A DNA stretch of 62,839 nucleotides, counting the filler, from Octopus bimaculoides (lineage: Eukaryota), in assembly GCF_001194135.2 (NCBI RefSeq). It is 7 parts of 5 records of this genome, joined end to end, with 100 filler letters (N's around TTAATTAATTAA, not from the genome) between each part and the next. Parts side by side here need not be neighbours in the genome. Positions count along the whole stretch, not along the records: positions 32,422 to 49,707 come from NC_068988.1; positions 49,808 to 55,872 come from NC_068983.1; 5 more parts are not named here. One strand, given 5' to 3'. Below, piece after piece: positions 37,389 to 50,684 of this stretch. The notes below the pieces were generated by a model. That model worked only from the letters and a program-made list of their open reading frames with translations. It made no database searches and had not been told where the DNA came from. Numbering within the stretch: the stretch's first letter is position 1; each line of letters begins with the position of its first letter. Position numbers and translations under genes: made by a program.

Positions 37389-37475
37389 TACTCAGAGCTT
37401 CACGTTTCCATTCGTCGGACAGTTCAGATTGAGAATCTAAAGTGTCCGACGAACGGGAACGTGATACTCTGAGTA
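37389..37475. repeat. Short imperfect palindrome (40-bp arms, 7-nt loop), small MITE or hairpin RNA
   Basis: TACTCAGAGCTTCACGTTTCCATTCGTCGGACAGTTCAGA versus TCTAAAGTGTCCGACGAACGGGAACGTGATACTCTGAGTA; 35 of 40 positions pair on the + strand. Confidence 0.85.
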
Positions 37476-38126
37476 TCAGTTTTTGTGATACTTTTGTGAT
37501 GTTTTTGCCATTTTAATATATCGATATGACTTTATATCTAAATGTCTATATCAATATACACTGGCACATATACGTATGTAAATGTGTATATATACCTATA
37601 TATATATATACGTAGATGTATATACGCATGCATGTGTATGTACAGACTATGTTAAAAACCGAGAGATGAAAGTTGTTTTAAGAAAACAAAAGCGTATTGA
37701 CTTTTTGTAGAATATCAGAGTTTTTACCAATTCCTGGCAGCATATTGTCAACATCTGCTTTGTGTCTCTAGTCTCTTTGATTATCTGACTCGGTTGATCT
37801 CAAATTTTATTAGAAAATTTCATTATTGAATATTGAATAGCATGACAGAGATAAACACACAGACTCACTCATATATATATATATATATATATCCGTTCAC
37901 ACATATTTTATGTGTTTATATATATCCAGATATATAGATATAGATACAGGTGTATATTTATATATGCATGTATATATATATATATATATGTGTGTGTGTA
38001 AACATTGGTAGATAGACAGGCAGTATGTGCATGTTTATCCGTATGTATCTACGCAAGTATGTGTGTATACATATATATATGATGTGTTTATATATACATA
38101 TATGTATGTTCATAATATATTTACAT

Positions 38127-38165
<39 letters not shown>

Positions 38166-39133
38166 CTCACAGATATATATATGTATATATATACATACTT
38201 ACATATATATATATATATATATCCTGATATATACATATAAATAAATAAAAATAAAGTTTATTTTCGTAGGCAAAAGTTAATATTAATTTTAAATTTCTAA
38301 AATTTTTTTTTTAATAATTGTATATATATATTTTTTTTCTCTCTCTAATCTATTGTTCTATTGTATTATTTTTATGATCTAGTCTATTATACTTATAATC
38401 GTAAAAAAAAAAAAAANNNNNNNNNNNNNNNNNNNNNNNNNNNNNNNNNNNNNNNNNNNNNNNNNNNNNNNNNNNNNNNNNNNNNNNNNNNNNNNNNNNN
38501 NNNNNNNNNNNNNNNNNNNNNNNNNNNNNNNNNNNNNNNNNNNNNNNNNNNNNNNNNNNNNNNNNNNNNNNNNNNNNNNNNNNNNNNNNNNNNNNNNNNN
38601 NNNNNNNNNNNNNNNNNNNNNNNNNNNNNNNNNNNNNNNNNNNNNNNNNNNNNNNNNNNNNNNNNNNNNNNNNNNNNNNNNNNNNNNNNNNNNNNNNNNN
38701 NNNNNNNNNNNNNNNNNNNNNNNNNNNNNNNNNNNNNNNNNNNNNNNNNNNNNNNNNNNNNNNNNNNNNNNNNNNNNNNNNNNNNNNNNNNNNNNNNNNN
38801 NNNNNNNNNNNNNNNNNNNNNNNNNNNNNNNNNNNNNNNNNNNNNNNNNNNNNNNNNNNNNNNNNNNNNNNNNNNNNNNNNNNNNNNNNNNNNNNNNNNN
38901 NNNNNNNNNNNNNNNNNNNNNNNNNNNNNNCCTGAGATAACACTCTCCGATATCGATAAATATATCAATATTTCGATATTTCGGAACGATCTGCAGCATT
39001 ATTGATTTATGAAATATTTACTCAGTTCCGGGGCCAATATCTCGGTCATGGTCCCTTATATATAATCAAGTATGAATCTAGGTCCTTGTTTAGGGCGCGC
39101 CACATCTGTTTGTATTTAATTGTTTCACAGCTT

Positions 39134-39688
39134 AGGGCAGTCTGCAGGCAGAATAGGTGTAGGCCGGACAAAACGCTTAAGACATTGCATTTCATCCGTT
39201 TTTATGCTCTGAGTTCAAATTCCGCTGAGATCGACTTTACGTTTTATCCTTTGGGGATCGATTAAATAAATACCAGTTGGGTAGTGATATTGATGCAATC
39301 GATTTGCCCCTCCCCTCAAAATTGCATGCCGTGTGTCAAAATTAGAGAGATCTTGTGATAACTTAGTCGGAAAAGTGTAGGTGTGTGGCTGTAGTGGTTG
39401 GGGGTATTCATCCCACGATCGTGAGTTCGATTCCCAGCGGCGCGATTTGTCCTTGAACAAGACGCTTATTTCACGTTGCTTCAGTTCACTAAGGGGGCAA
39501 AAATGTGTTGTACTCGTCCTTTAAAGGGCCGGCCTTGTCACATTCAGTGTTGAGTAGATTCTCCCTGAGAACTTCGTTAAGGATGCGCATGTCTGTGGAG
39601 CGCTCGGTCACGTGTACATTAATTTTACGAGCAGACCCTTCGGTTGATCGGATCAATAAGACAACTCATCGTTGTAACCGACGGAGAA
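39134..39688 (+). mobile_element. Adjacent SINEs: family M (39134-39352) and family T (39375-39688)
   Basis: Degenerate M head and core, then GAGTTCGATTCCC...TGTCCTTGAACAAGACGCTT (CORE-like) with the same tail module as family R. Confidence 0.8.
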
Positions 39689-40165
39689 CCAATAGAAGTC
39701 AGAAAAGGATATTCATCGATCATCTTTTAGTAAGGCTCATTTAGGTCTATTTAGGGTGAAATGAATGATGGAATGAGATGCTTGGGCGCCGCTGTGAGGA
39801 CGCTGACGAGTTGGCACGGCTTACTGGGCATTCCACTGGATTTGGCGACAGTATTTTTAGGCAATGGAAATAAACACACAAATATACGCATGTGCATACA
39901 CACACATACATATGCACTTAAATGAAGAAGAAAGAGAAGAAAGAAGAGAGAGAGGAAAAGAGAGAGAGAAAGAAAGTGACATAGAAAGAGATTGACAGGG
40001 AGGAAGAGAGAGAGAGGAGAAGGAGAGGAGAGAAAGAGACGTTATAATAAGTTTACTAAACAGACAATGGAAAATTTTGACAATGATGTCCATGAAGCCT
40101 TAGCATTGTATGCGTGTATGTTCGTATGTGCGTGCTTGTGAACGTGGTGTGTGCACGTGTGTGAG

Positions 40166-40214
<49 letters not shown>

Positions 40215-40723
40215 NNNNNNNNNNNNNNNNNNNNNNNNNNNNNNNNNNNNNNNNNNNNNNNNNNNNNNNNNNNNNNNNNNNNNNNNNNNNNNNNNNNNNN
40301 NNNNNNNNNNNNNNNNNNNNNNNNNNNNNNNNNNNNNNNNNNNNNNNNNNNNNNNNNNNNNNNNNNNNNNNNNNNNNNNNNNNNNNNNNNNNNNNNNNNN
40401 NNNNNNNNNNNNNNNNNNNNNNNNNNNNNNNNNNNNNNNNNNNNNNNNNNNNNNNNNNNNNNNNNNNNNNNNNNNNNNNNNNNNNNNNNNNNNNNNNNNN
40501 NNNNNNNNNNNNNNNNNNNNNNNNNNNNNNNNNNNNNNNNNNNNNNNNNNNNNNNNNNNNNNNNNNNNNNNNNNNNNNNNNNNNNNNNNNNNNNNNNNNN
40601 NNNNNNNNNNNNNNNNNNNNNNNNNNNNNNNNNNNNNNNNNNNNNNNNNNNNNNNNNNNNNNNNNNNNNNNNNNNNNNNNNNNNNNNNNNNNNNNNNNNN
40701 NNNNNNACGCACACACACACAAG

Positions 40724-40761
<38 letters not shown>

Positions 40762-41589
40762 CACATGCACACACACACACACGTCTTTTCCTCTTCACGA
40801 TGTGATGTTGCTACAGTTGTTCACTCGTCAGCATCGTCGCTTTTCTACTGATGTCATCTCAGATCAATTAGACATTTCCAACAATACGTTTTGTCTTTTA
40901 AAGCATAGACATATATAAATATATGCGTGTGTGTATGTATGTATTATTGCATTTTGTTTCTTATAATTATCTTTCAAATCGCTTTAGTATCATAAGTCTT
41001 GATCTCTGGATTAATCTCCTGCCAACCGCTTCCCGTATTTCGATCAGTAATCACATTATCTTGACTAGAAAGACATTCTTTTTTTCGGAAGACTTCTTAT
41101 TATGTGAAAAACAAAAGAAAGAAAACAAAGAAAAATGACGATGATGATGATGATGATAACAATAATAATAAGAAGAATAAGAAGAATAGTTAAAATAAAT
41201 AGAAATAAATCTAATGAGAACATTTTAAAGAAGCGAATTGTAATAACAACAAATGTACAAAGAATTCTTTTCTGTTTCCTTCCAAAAGGATATGTAAAAC
41301 AAATCTGTTTCATTAATTAAAGTTATATTTAAGTTCCCAGATTGTCGTATGTCAATCAGATAAGATGGCGTCTGTTTTTTCTCGTTTTCTTTGTTACAAT
41401 ATAGAACAATGCATTGAAATGACTAAGTAAGCATCTCCACATACCTTCTAATAACAGATAATGTGACACTCCCAGCTTCGTGTAACATTTCTAATGTATT
41501 TATCATAGGAAGCAAAATGGCGGTAATGCTGAATTGCCACAGAGAAATTAATGGCGCTTAAAGTTTTTAAAAGTAAATAAAATATTGCG

Positions 41590-43168
41590 CAGATATGACC
41601 GTGTGGTTGAGAAGCTAACTTTGCAATCACACAGGTTTGGTTTCAGTCCCACAGAGCAGCGCCATGCGCAAGTGTCTTCTTAATGCTGTTTTTGGTGTAT
41701 TCTTAAAATCAGGTTTTATGACAGCACTTGAAGGTAACACGGTGGCAGAGTTGTTAGCGCGCCGGACTTTTCTTTACTTTCTGAGTTCAAATTCGACCAG
41801 TGTCAACTTTGCCTTGCATCTTCGTAGTCAATAAAATAAATTATCAGTCGTATAATGGGGTCGATGCAACCAACGCGTCCCTCCCTCCAAAATTTCGGGC
41901 CTTGTGCCTATAGAAAGAAGAATTACAGCGACTGACATTACAATTATTATCTGTAGAAGCAATTTATCAGACGACAAAAGATGGCCGTTGTTACGACACA
42001 CACACAGAGAGAGAAAAAATAATTGTATAGTTTACATGGAAAGTTAATATTACTTTAAATTTTGATAATTTTGAGGGGAGGGGCAACTCAATTACATCGT
42101 CTTTAGTTTTTGAATGACTCTTATTTTATCGGCCACGAAAGGAGTTAAGGTAAAGCAATGTCACTCCTAGCAGAATTTTGAAGTCAGAAAGTAAAGAGCC
42201 GGACGAAATTTTGCAAATCATTTTGTCCGACACGCGGAAGATTCTGCCAGCTTTCGGTCGTGCTACTTATTGGTTTCAAATTTTGGGAATGGGTAATCCA
42301 ATGACATCGACTCCAGTGATCAGCTGGTACTTAATTTATTGACCCTCCAAATGATGAAAGGCAAAGTCGATACCGGCAGTATTTGAAGTCAGAACGTAAA
42401 ACCGGAAGAAATCCCGCCAAGCATCTTGTCTGGCACGGTAACGATTCTGATTGTTGCCTTATCATTTCTTTTCCAACTGATACTCCGTCGGCTACGACGA
42501 CAATTGTTGCACTTAATCCGATCGATAGAACATCCGGTACATGAAATTAATGTGAAAGTGGCTGAGTGCTCCACAGATACACGCATTCTTAACGTAGTTC
42601 TCAGGGAGCTTCAGCATGATACAGTTTGTGATAAGGATGACTCTTTAAATTACAGGTAGCAAACATTATTTCTGAGTCAATGGGAGCAACGTGAAATAAA
42701 GTGTCTTGCTCAAGGACACAACGCGTCGCCGGGAATTGAATTCATTATCGTGAGCCGAGTACGCTACCCATAATCCACACGCCTTCGTTACTTATTAATA
42801 TCAAGTTATTGACTAACTAACGCATGAAAGGGAAAAAATAACAGAAGCGGTAATAACCAGTTAATTACGTTGGAGGGTTTCGAATTAGGTCTTCATGCAA
42901 CTGAAATCCACTACGTTTATATTATTAGTATTCGTTGGTGATTGTAAGCCTGCGAGCTGACAGAATCGGTAACACGCCAGATAAAATGCTTAGCGGCATT
43001 CCGTCAGTCTTCGTGCTCTGACTTCAAGTTCCGCCGTGGTCAACTTTGGCTTTTCATCCTTTCAGAGCCGATAAAATAAGTATCATTTGAGCAGTAGGGT
43101 CGATGTAATCGACTTACTCCCTCCCCCACCTGAAATTGCTGGTATTGTGCCGAAATTTGAAACCAATA
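41590..43168. mobile_element. SINE cluster: C head (+, 41590-41690), M (+, 41731-41923), M (-, 42058-42258), M (-, 42271-42462), T (-, 42474-42785), M (+, 42946-43168)
   Basis: Each piece was recognised by the same head, core and tail motifs seen in other copies. Confidence 0.8.
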
Positions 43169-44580
43169 TACGTCCGTGATTAGAAGAGAGGAATGTATTA
43201 TTTAATGTGATGCGTTTCCTTTCCATATTTTATTCACGACCACCATCAGGTGACAATAGATTTGTGGCAATAAGTGTTGGGAAAAGATGTCAATGCAAGA
43301 ATAAGGTGCAAAGAATTTTTATCATTCAAACAAGTCAATTGCATGGAATGTGGGGTTTAAAACTTCAATAGCGGTGAGTTTGGAATTAATATGGCAGATT
43401 TTTAGTTGCACGAAATAGAGAAATAGGAAAAGTAAAAAAAAAAAGGAACAAAGAAGCTAAGAAAAAAAATGACGAAAGAACGATATATACATACATACAT
43501 ACATACATACATACACACACACACATATATATATATATATANNNNNNNNNNNNNNNNNNNNNNNNNNNNNNNNNNNNNNNNNNNNNNNNNNNNNNNNNNN
43601 NNNNNNNNNNNNNNNNNNNNNNNNNNNNNNNNNNNNNNNNNNNNNNNNNNNNNNNNNNNNNNNNNNNNNNNNNNNNNNNNNNNNNNNNNNNNNNNNNNNN
43701 NNNNNNNNNNNNNNNNNNNNNNNNNNNNNNNNNNNNNNNNNNNNNNNNNNNNNNNNNNNNNNNNNNNNNNNNNNNNNNNNNNNNNNNNNNNNNNNNNNNN
43801 NNNNNNNNNNNNNNNNNNNNNNNNNNNNNNNNNNNNNNNNNNNNNNNNNNNNNNNNNNNNNNNNNNNNNNNNNNNNNNNNNNNNNNNNNNNNNNNNNNNN
43901 NNNNNNNNNNNNNNNNNNNNNNNNNNNNNNNNNNNNNNNNNNNNNNNNNNNNNNNNNNNNNNNNNNNNNNNNNNNNNNNNNNNNNNNNNNNNNNNNNNNN
44001 NNNNNNNNNNNNNNNNNNNNNNNNNNNNNNNNNNNNNNNNNNNNNNNNNNNNNNNNNNNNNNNNNNNNNNNNNNNNNNNNNNNNNNNNNNNNNNNNNNNN
44101 NNNNNNNNNNNNNNNNNNNNNNNNNNNNNNNNNNNNNNNNNNNNNNNNNNNNNNNNNNNNNNNNNNNNNNNNNNNNNNNNNNNNNNNNNNNNNNNNNNNN
44201 NNNNNNNNNNNNNNNNNNNNNNNNNNNNNNNNNNNNNNNNNNNNNNNNNNNNNNNNNNNNNNNNNNNNNNNNNNNNNNNNNNNNNNNNNNNNNNNNNNNN
44301 NNNNNNNNNNNNNNNNNNNNNNNNNNNNNNNNNNNNNNNNNNNNNNNNNNNNNNNNNNNNNNNNNNNNNNNNNNNNNNNNNNNNNNNNNNNNNNNNNNNN
44401 NNNNNNNNNNNNNNNNNNNNNNNNNNNNNNNNNNNNNNNNNNNNNNNNNNNNNNNNNNNNNNNNNNNNNNNNNNNNNNNNNNNNNNNNNNNNNNNNNNNN
44501 NNNNNNNAACGTAAAAAAAAATACTATAAAAAGAAATTCTGCATAAATTCGGTTAAAGAAATAACTATATTATTCACAAA

Positions 44581-44652
<72 letters not shown>

Positions 44653-45769
44653 GGATAGTGGTTGTGGGGTGGTGGTGGTATTTGATATGAATGATGAGTC
44701 CTGGTTCGAACCGACTGTTTGGTACCTCAAGCTTAAGTTTTCTAAATGTATCCAGCGAGTTGAACAATGTCATGTGAAAGGGATCTGCTTTGATGGCAAC
44801 TGTGCGGAAGCCCCATCCATTACACACACGCTCACATATTCTTTTCGCTGGATTCATCCAGGGGCTATGCCCATTATGTGATACATACATACATACATAC
44901 ATACATACATACATACATACATACATACATACAAGCATATATATTCATATATATATATATATATANNNNNNNNNNNNNNNNNNNNNNNNNNNNNNNNNNN
45001 NNNNNNNNNNNNNNNNNNNNNNNNNNNNNNNNNNNNNNNNNNNNNNNNNNNNNNNNNNNNNNNNNNNNNNNNNNNNNNNNNNNNNNNNNNNNNNNNNNNN
45101 NNNNNNNNNNNNNNNNNNNNNNNNNNNNNNNNNNNNNNNNNNNNNNNNNNNNNNNNNNNNNNNNNNNNNNNNNNNNNNNNNNNNNNNNNNNNNNNNNNNN
45201 NNNNNNNNNNNNNNNNNNNNNNNNNNNNNNNNNNNNNNNNNNNNNNNNNNNNNNNNNNNNNNNNNNNNNNNNNNNNNNNNNNNNNNNNNNNNNNNNNNNN
45301 NTATACAGCGGTGTGTGTAACTACACGTTTAAATTAGGAATAATTTAGCAGTGAACTCTATAATTAGATTGATCAAATGTCTAACATATCGATTACTTGT
45401 AGTTCACCTCAGCATCTCATGAGTTCAAGTTCCATATCCTAAGGGGATCTTCATGAAATCCTTAATCATCAAAACCGTTTGCCGTTCCGGATGAGAACTG
45501 CTAACCTATTCACAGACCTGTCTGTGTATTTACATCGAATTACTTCACTTTACGTCAAAGAGTAACCAACGGATTCGTTAACTAGTCAAATGTTTAGAAT
45601 AATTATTACAGGTTTCACTGAGACGCCTGATATCAGTGTTTGTCATATCTGCAGTTTGCCAACTGATACCAGTGATATAAGTAAAGAACAAAGCGATTCT
45701 CGTGTGAAATATAGCAATTTTAGTAATGAAAATCGAAGTAGATAGAGCTATATTTTGTTGATTCTACTT

Positions 45770-46172
45770 TAGGCACAAAACGCACAGATTTTGGTGGGAA
45801 AGGGTTAGTCGATTACTTCGAGCTTATTGCTCGATTGGTATTTATTTTATTGACCCCGAAAAGATGACAAGAAACGTCGACCTCGTTGGATTCCGAACGT
45901 AAAGCAGGAAGAAATGCTTCTTACGTTCTTATCAGCTCCTTGCGTTTGTAAATCTATAACTAACATTGAATATTGCGCAAAAAGAAAAGAAAGATAAGTA
46001 AAGTAAATCGAAGAAAGCTGTCCGTTGTTCACTGAACTTCCCCCGAGAACTACGTTAATGGAACATGTGTCTGTGGAGTGCTCAGCCACTTGCACGTTAA
46101 TTTCACGAGCAGGCTGTTCCGCTGATCGGATCAACTGGAACCCTCGTCGTCGTAACCGACGGAGTGCCAGCC
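45770..46172. mobile_element. Decayed SINE M (-, 45770-45935) and T/R tail module (+, 46031-46172)
   Basis: The tail GTGTCTGTGGAGTGCTCAGCCACTTGCACGTTAATTTCACGAGCAGGCTG...GACGGAGTGCCA is nearly identical to the 7604 copy. Confidence 0.8.
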
Positions 46173-46650
46173 ACCACTTACTTGCAATCTACACCCTCGA
46201 AAGCATTCCTCAGTCAATAAAAGAATATGCATTTTTTTACGCTGTTATGAGTGGAAAAATTTGGGTGGTGCACTAAATTGCAGCTGTACCACAACAACCA
46301 CATGTAGTTCGTTCTTACCTCTGACCACCACCATCACTACAATCTACTTCTACAACGCTTTACCACATAACTCCATACATATACAACCATAGAAATATAC
46401 ACACACCCTTAGATACACGTCTTCGTTTGTTATCGTTACTAATTATAAGAAAAACCAACAGATTTATTCAGCATTAAAACTAACGACGAATTACCTCTCA
46501 AAATATTGCTCCAAATTCTTTGGTGTTTTTCTTGGTGAATCAAAGCAGCAGGGAATCCTGTCTCTATTAACTCTTTAACATGTTTCAGAACCACGCTGGA
46601 ATTGGTACTTATTTGTGTAGATTTTGGTGTGTCTATTTCTGCCTCTGTCT

Positions 46651-46710
<60 letters not shown>

Positions 46711-46733
46711 CTGTATGTGTGGTGATGTGTGTA

Positions 46734-46765
<32 letters not shown>

Positions 46766-47257
46766 TAGGAAATCTTATATATTTCAACCGCATACATACT
46801 TACATCCATGCATACATGCATGGATGCAGGCATGCATACACACATACGTACTCCCATCCGTCCATCCATCCATACTTACAGATATATATACATATATACA
46901 TACGTACGTCCATCCGTCCATCCATCCATCCATACACACACACATACAGACATACATATTACGGAGCGAAATTCTTAAACAACAGTATTCTCTACTTTCA
47001 CCACCACCATTACCGTCATCACCGTCTTCATCATCATCGTCATCGCCGACGCCGTAATCGTCATCATCATCATCATTATAGTTACTGTCATCATCATCAT
47101 CATCATCATCATTTGTAACCACAATGAACAGCATCAACAACATCAACCATTCCGCCTCTCTCTTCGACTCGTCTCACATCATCGTGTAATTACAATGACT
47201 ATTATTATTATTATTATCTTCATCATGTTGGACACATCAAGTGATAGATATTTCATA

Positions 47258-47293
<36 letters not shown>

Positions 47294-47920
47294 TTCTTCT
47301 TCTTCTTCTTCTTCTTCTTCTTCTTCTTCTTCTTCTTCTTCTTCTTCTTCTTCTTCTTCTTCTTCTTCTNNNNNNNNNNNNNNNNNNNNNNNNNNNNNNN
47401 NNNNNNNNNNNNNNNNNNNNNNNNNNNNNNNNNNNNNNNNNNNNNNNNNNNNNNNNNNNNNNNNNNNNNNNNNNNNNNNNNNNNNNNNNNNNNNNNNNNN
47501 NNNNNNNNNNNNNNNNNNNNNNNNNNNNNNNNNNNNNNNNNNNNNNNNNNNNNNNNNNNNNNNNNNNNNNNNNNNNNNNNNNNNNNNNNNNNNNNNNNNN
47601 NNNNNNNNNNNNNNNNNNNNNNNNNNNNNNNNNNNNNNNNNNNNNNNNNNNNNNNNNNNNNNNNNNNNNNNNNNNNNNNNNNNNNNNNNNNNNNNNNNNN
47701 NNNNNNNNNNNNNNNNNNNNNNNNNNNNNNNNNNNNNNNNNNNNNNNNNNNNNNNNNNNNNNNNNNNNNNNNNNNNNNNNNNNNNNNNNNNNNNNNNNNN
47801 NNNNNNNNNNNNNNNTGTACCATGGAGATGGATCCGCGTTAATAATCGATGGTTAAAGAAACCCGAAATCATCTGCGAAAGAGAAATAGAAAACACTGCA
47901 TTCACATTTATGCGTGTATG

Positions 47921-47974
<54 letters not shown>

Positions 47975-48159
47975 CGCATGCTCATACACATACATGAATA
48001 CATACTTGCGCACATACATAGAAAGCGAACACACACTCACATGTATCGAAGGGATATTTATTAACAAGAAGCCGTTCTTGAATAAAGAGCGCATGATGGT
48101 ATAAAATACTGAGCATAAATATTATTTATTTAATAAAATGATTCGTGACAAAACGCCTG

Positions 48160-48845
48160 ATGTTTCGCTCTGGCGAAAATGAGTTGTTGCAGTAATTCAG
48201 AGAGGCCAGCTGTGTCACATTCTGTGTGAGGCTGAGTCTCTCTGAGAACTACCTTATGGTACGCATGTCAGTGGAGTACTCAGCCACTTGCGCATTAATT
48301 TTATGTGCAGACTGTTGATCAGATAAACAGGAACCTCGTCATCTTAGCCGACGGTGAGTCATTTTTTAAAAAGCAGTGAAAGGAAAGGGAATGTTCGATA
48401 TCGTAAGGAAAAACTGTCATGTGTTTAGTATAAGCAGTGAAAACTAAGACGAAATAATGGCTATTCATCGTGCATTCGCCCTAAACTCACGCTCAGTTTG
48501 ACAAAAACAATCTGCGCATCGGTGTTCATCTGAGGGCTTGGCCTCCAGATCTGTGAGACCCACAAATGCTGCTGTTAGGACTGGATTAACACCCACAGTG
48601 ACCCTAACGGCTAAAAAGATTTTCCTGCCCCTTTATAGGATCTGTTTTCGTTTTCTTCCAGCCACTTGAAGATTCATTTTGCTCCAGTCCACTCAGCTGA
48701 CAAAAATGAGTTGTAGCTGTAATTCAAAGAGGCCAGCCTTGTCATACTTTGTGTGAAGCTGAATCTCTCTGAATCTCTCTGAGAGCTACGTTAATGATAT
48801 GCATGTCTGTGGAGTACTCAGTAACTTGCGAGTTAATTTTATCCT
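48160..48845 (+). mobile_element. Two partial family T SINEs (48160-48357 and 48675-48845)
   Basis: AAAATGAGTTGT...GGCCAGC..TGTCA..CT...GTGGAGTACTCAG motifs in both. Confidence 0.75.
48491..48575 (+). mobile_element. Possible CRE-clade non-LTR retrotransposon fragment (pre-zinc-knuckle region)
   Basis: AQFDKNNLRIGVHLR / LGLQICETHKCCC (one frameshift) resembles CRE-type LRIAVxLRLGxxICExHxCxC. Confidence 0.45.
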
Positions 48846-49023
48846 CGTGTGGTAATGAAAAATGAAAGTGATATCCGTTATTTGCTGTGTCTAAGTATCT
48901 ATGCATCAACTTTTCTTTCGGTCTATATATCTACTGTCTCTCTCACATTTTCTCTTTCTCTTTCACTTCCATTGTGTCACTCTTCTCTCCCGCTTTTAAT
49001 TCAACAATGTGTANNNNNNNNNN

Positions 49024-49058
<35 letters not shown>

Positions 49059-49823
49059 TTTGTATGTATGTATACTTCGATTTGTAAAAATTCGCTTTTA
49101 TATGCGCTTATGCATATATGGAATTTTTGCATGCCTGAGTGTGTATATGTGTGTGTGTATGTGCATGTCAGTGAAAGAGAAGGAAAGTGTAAAAGAGAAT
49201 GAGAGAAAGAGAGAAAGTATGCGCGTGTTAGGTAGAAAAAGGTAAAGTAAGAAAGTGAGTGTGTATGTGTGTATGTGTGTGTGTGAGCATGCGCTTGCGT
49301 GTATGATTTGAGTGTCGCTTGTCCTGTGCGTTTGAACGTTAGAACTTTCAGAAATTCACATTTACAACGACCAATTTCTATAGTTTCCGCCGAGAAGACG
49401 CACCAGCATGACACAAGCTAATACACACAAATAAACACATACAGCAACACACACACGCATGCGCACGCGCGCATTTATATGAATGTTTAAAAGTCAAGAG
49501 CTCCATTAACAGATAGATTCCATGCTCTTCAAAAATTCTCTTTCAAGCAGAGATCTTCAATAGGACATCAAGAAAGAAAGTGCGTTTCATAAGCCGTCAA
49601 TGAAGTTTGCCAGTGTTAGCCTTTCAGTGAGAAGCAATTTCCCTATTTCGTAGCCGTGCTACAAACTGCATCCATTGCTACGCACTAGATTCATATATAT
49701 ATATATANNNNNNNNNNNNNNNNNNNNNNNNNNNNNNNNNNNNNNNNNNNNTTAATTAATTAANNNNNNNNNNNNNNNNNNNNNNNNNNNNNNNNNNNNN
49801 NNNNNNNTATATATATATATATA

Positions 49824-50390
49824 ACTGGGGTCGCCGCAGAACTCCGAACTGGTGGCAGAACTTGACGCAATCCAGCACCACTGCACAAAGAAGATCGACT
49901 CCATGAAACACATGAGCTACAGGGTGAGACTACAAGAACTGAAGCTGTACACCCTGGAAAGAGGGCGAGAAATGCACGCAGTGATATACATATGGACCAT
50001 CCTGGATGGTCTAGCTCCTAACTTTGGAATTAAAAGCTATACCAACCACCGAACTGGAAGGCATTGCATAACACTGAAGATACCGTCTTCGTCATCTCAG
50101 ATAAGGAAACAATATTACAACAGATTGAATTTCAGGGAACCACAACCGTTCCACATCCTGCCAATGGACCTAAAAGATGTAGATGTGGAAACGGTCAAAA
50201 GCAATTGGACAAATTTCTATCTGAAATCTCAGATGAGCCCACACCAGTGCAGGAGATACAAGGAAGAGCAGCTTCGTCCAACCCACTTTTTCGCAGAAAC
50301 GATATCAAAAAGGGTCTCCAAAACACTGAAAGGAGGTGCTCCAGCATGGAGCCAGCCTCTAGCTGGCTGAAGCCAGTAAAACGATAAAAG
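49824..50390 (+). mobile_element. CR1-clade LINE 3' end (ORF2 C-terminus + 3' UTR)
   Basis: SPQNSELVAELDAIQHHCTKKIDSMKHMSYRVRLQELKLYTLERGRE...IYIWTILDGLAPNFGI...FHILP, and in a shifted frame QLDKFLSEISDEP; these are typical CR1 SYxERLxxLxLYSLERRR and LDKFLSxxPDEP motifs. Confidence 0.92.
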
Positions 50391-50403
50391 GGTAATATGA
50401 ATG

Positions 50404-50570
50404 CATTGCTGTGTGGTTAAGAAGTTTGCTTTGCAACTCTTGGATTTTGGGTTCAGCTTCACTGCATGTCAGCTTTTGCAAGTGCTTTGTACCATTGTCC
50501 CGGACCAGGGTAACCATTATCGTGTCAGTGAATTCAGAAGCTGGAACTTCGTGGAAGACCAGCGTCAATA
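50404..50570 (+). mobile_element. Decayed SINE family C head
   Basis: GCTGTGTGGTTAAGAAGTTTGCTT...GGGTTCAGC..CACTGCATG...GCAAGTGCTT, followed by the internal microsatellite. Confidence 0.65.
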
Positions 50571-50684
50571 TATATATGTATATATGTGTGTACATGTGTC
50601 TGTGTGTGTTTGGTTGTGTTCTGTGTTTGTATTTGGCCCCTATACATACGTACATACATACATACATACACACATACATACATC

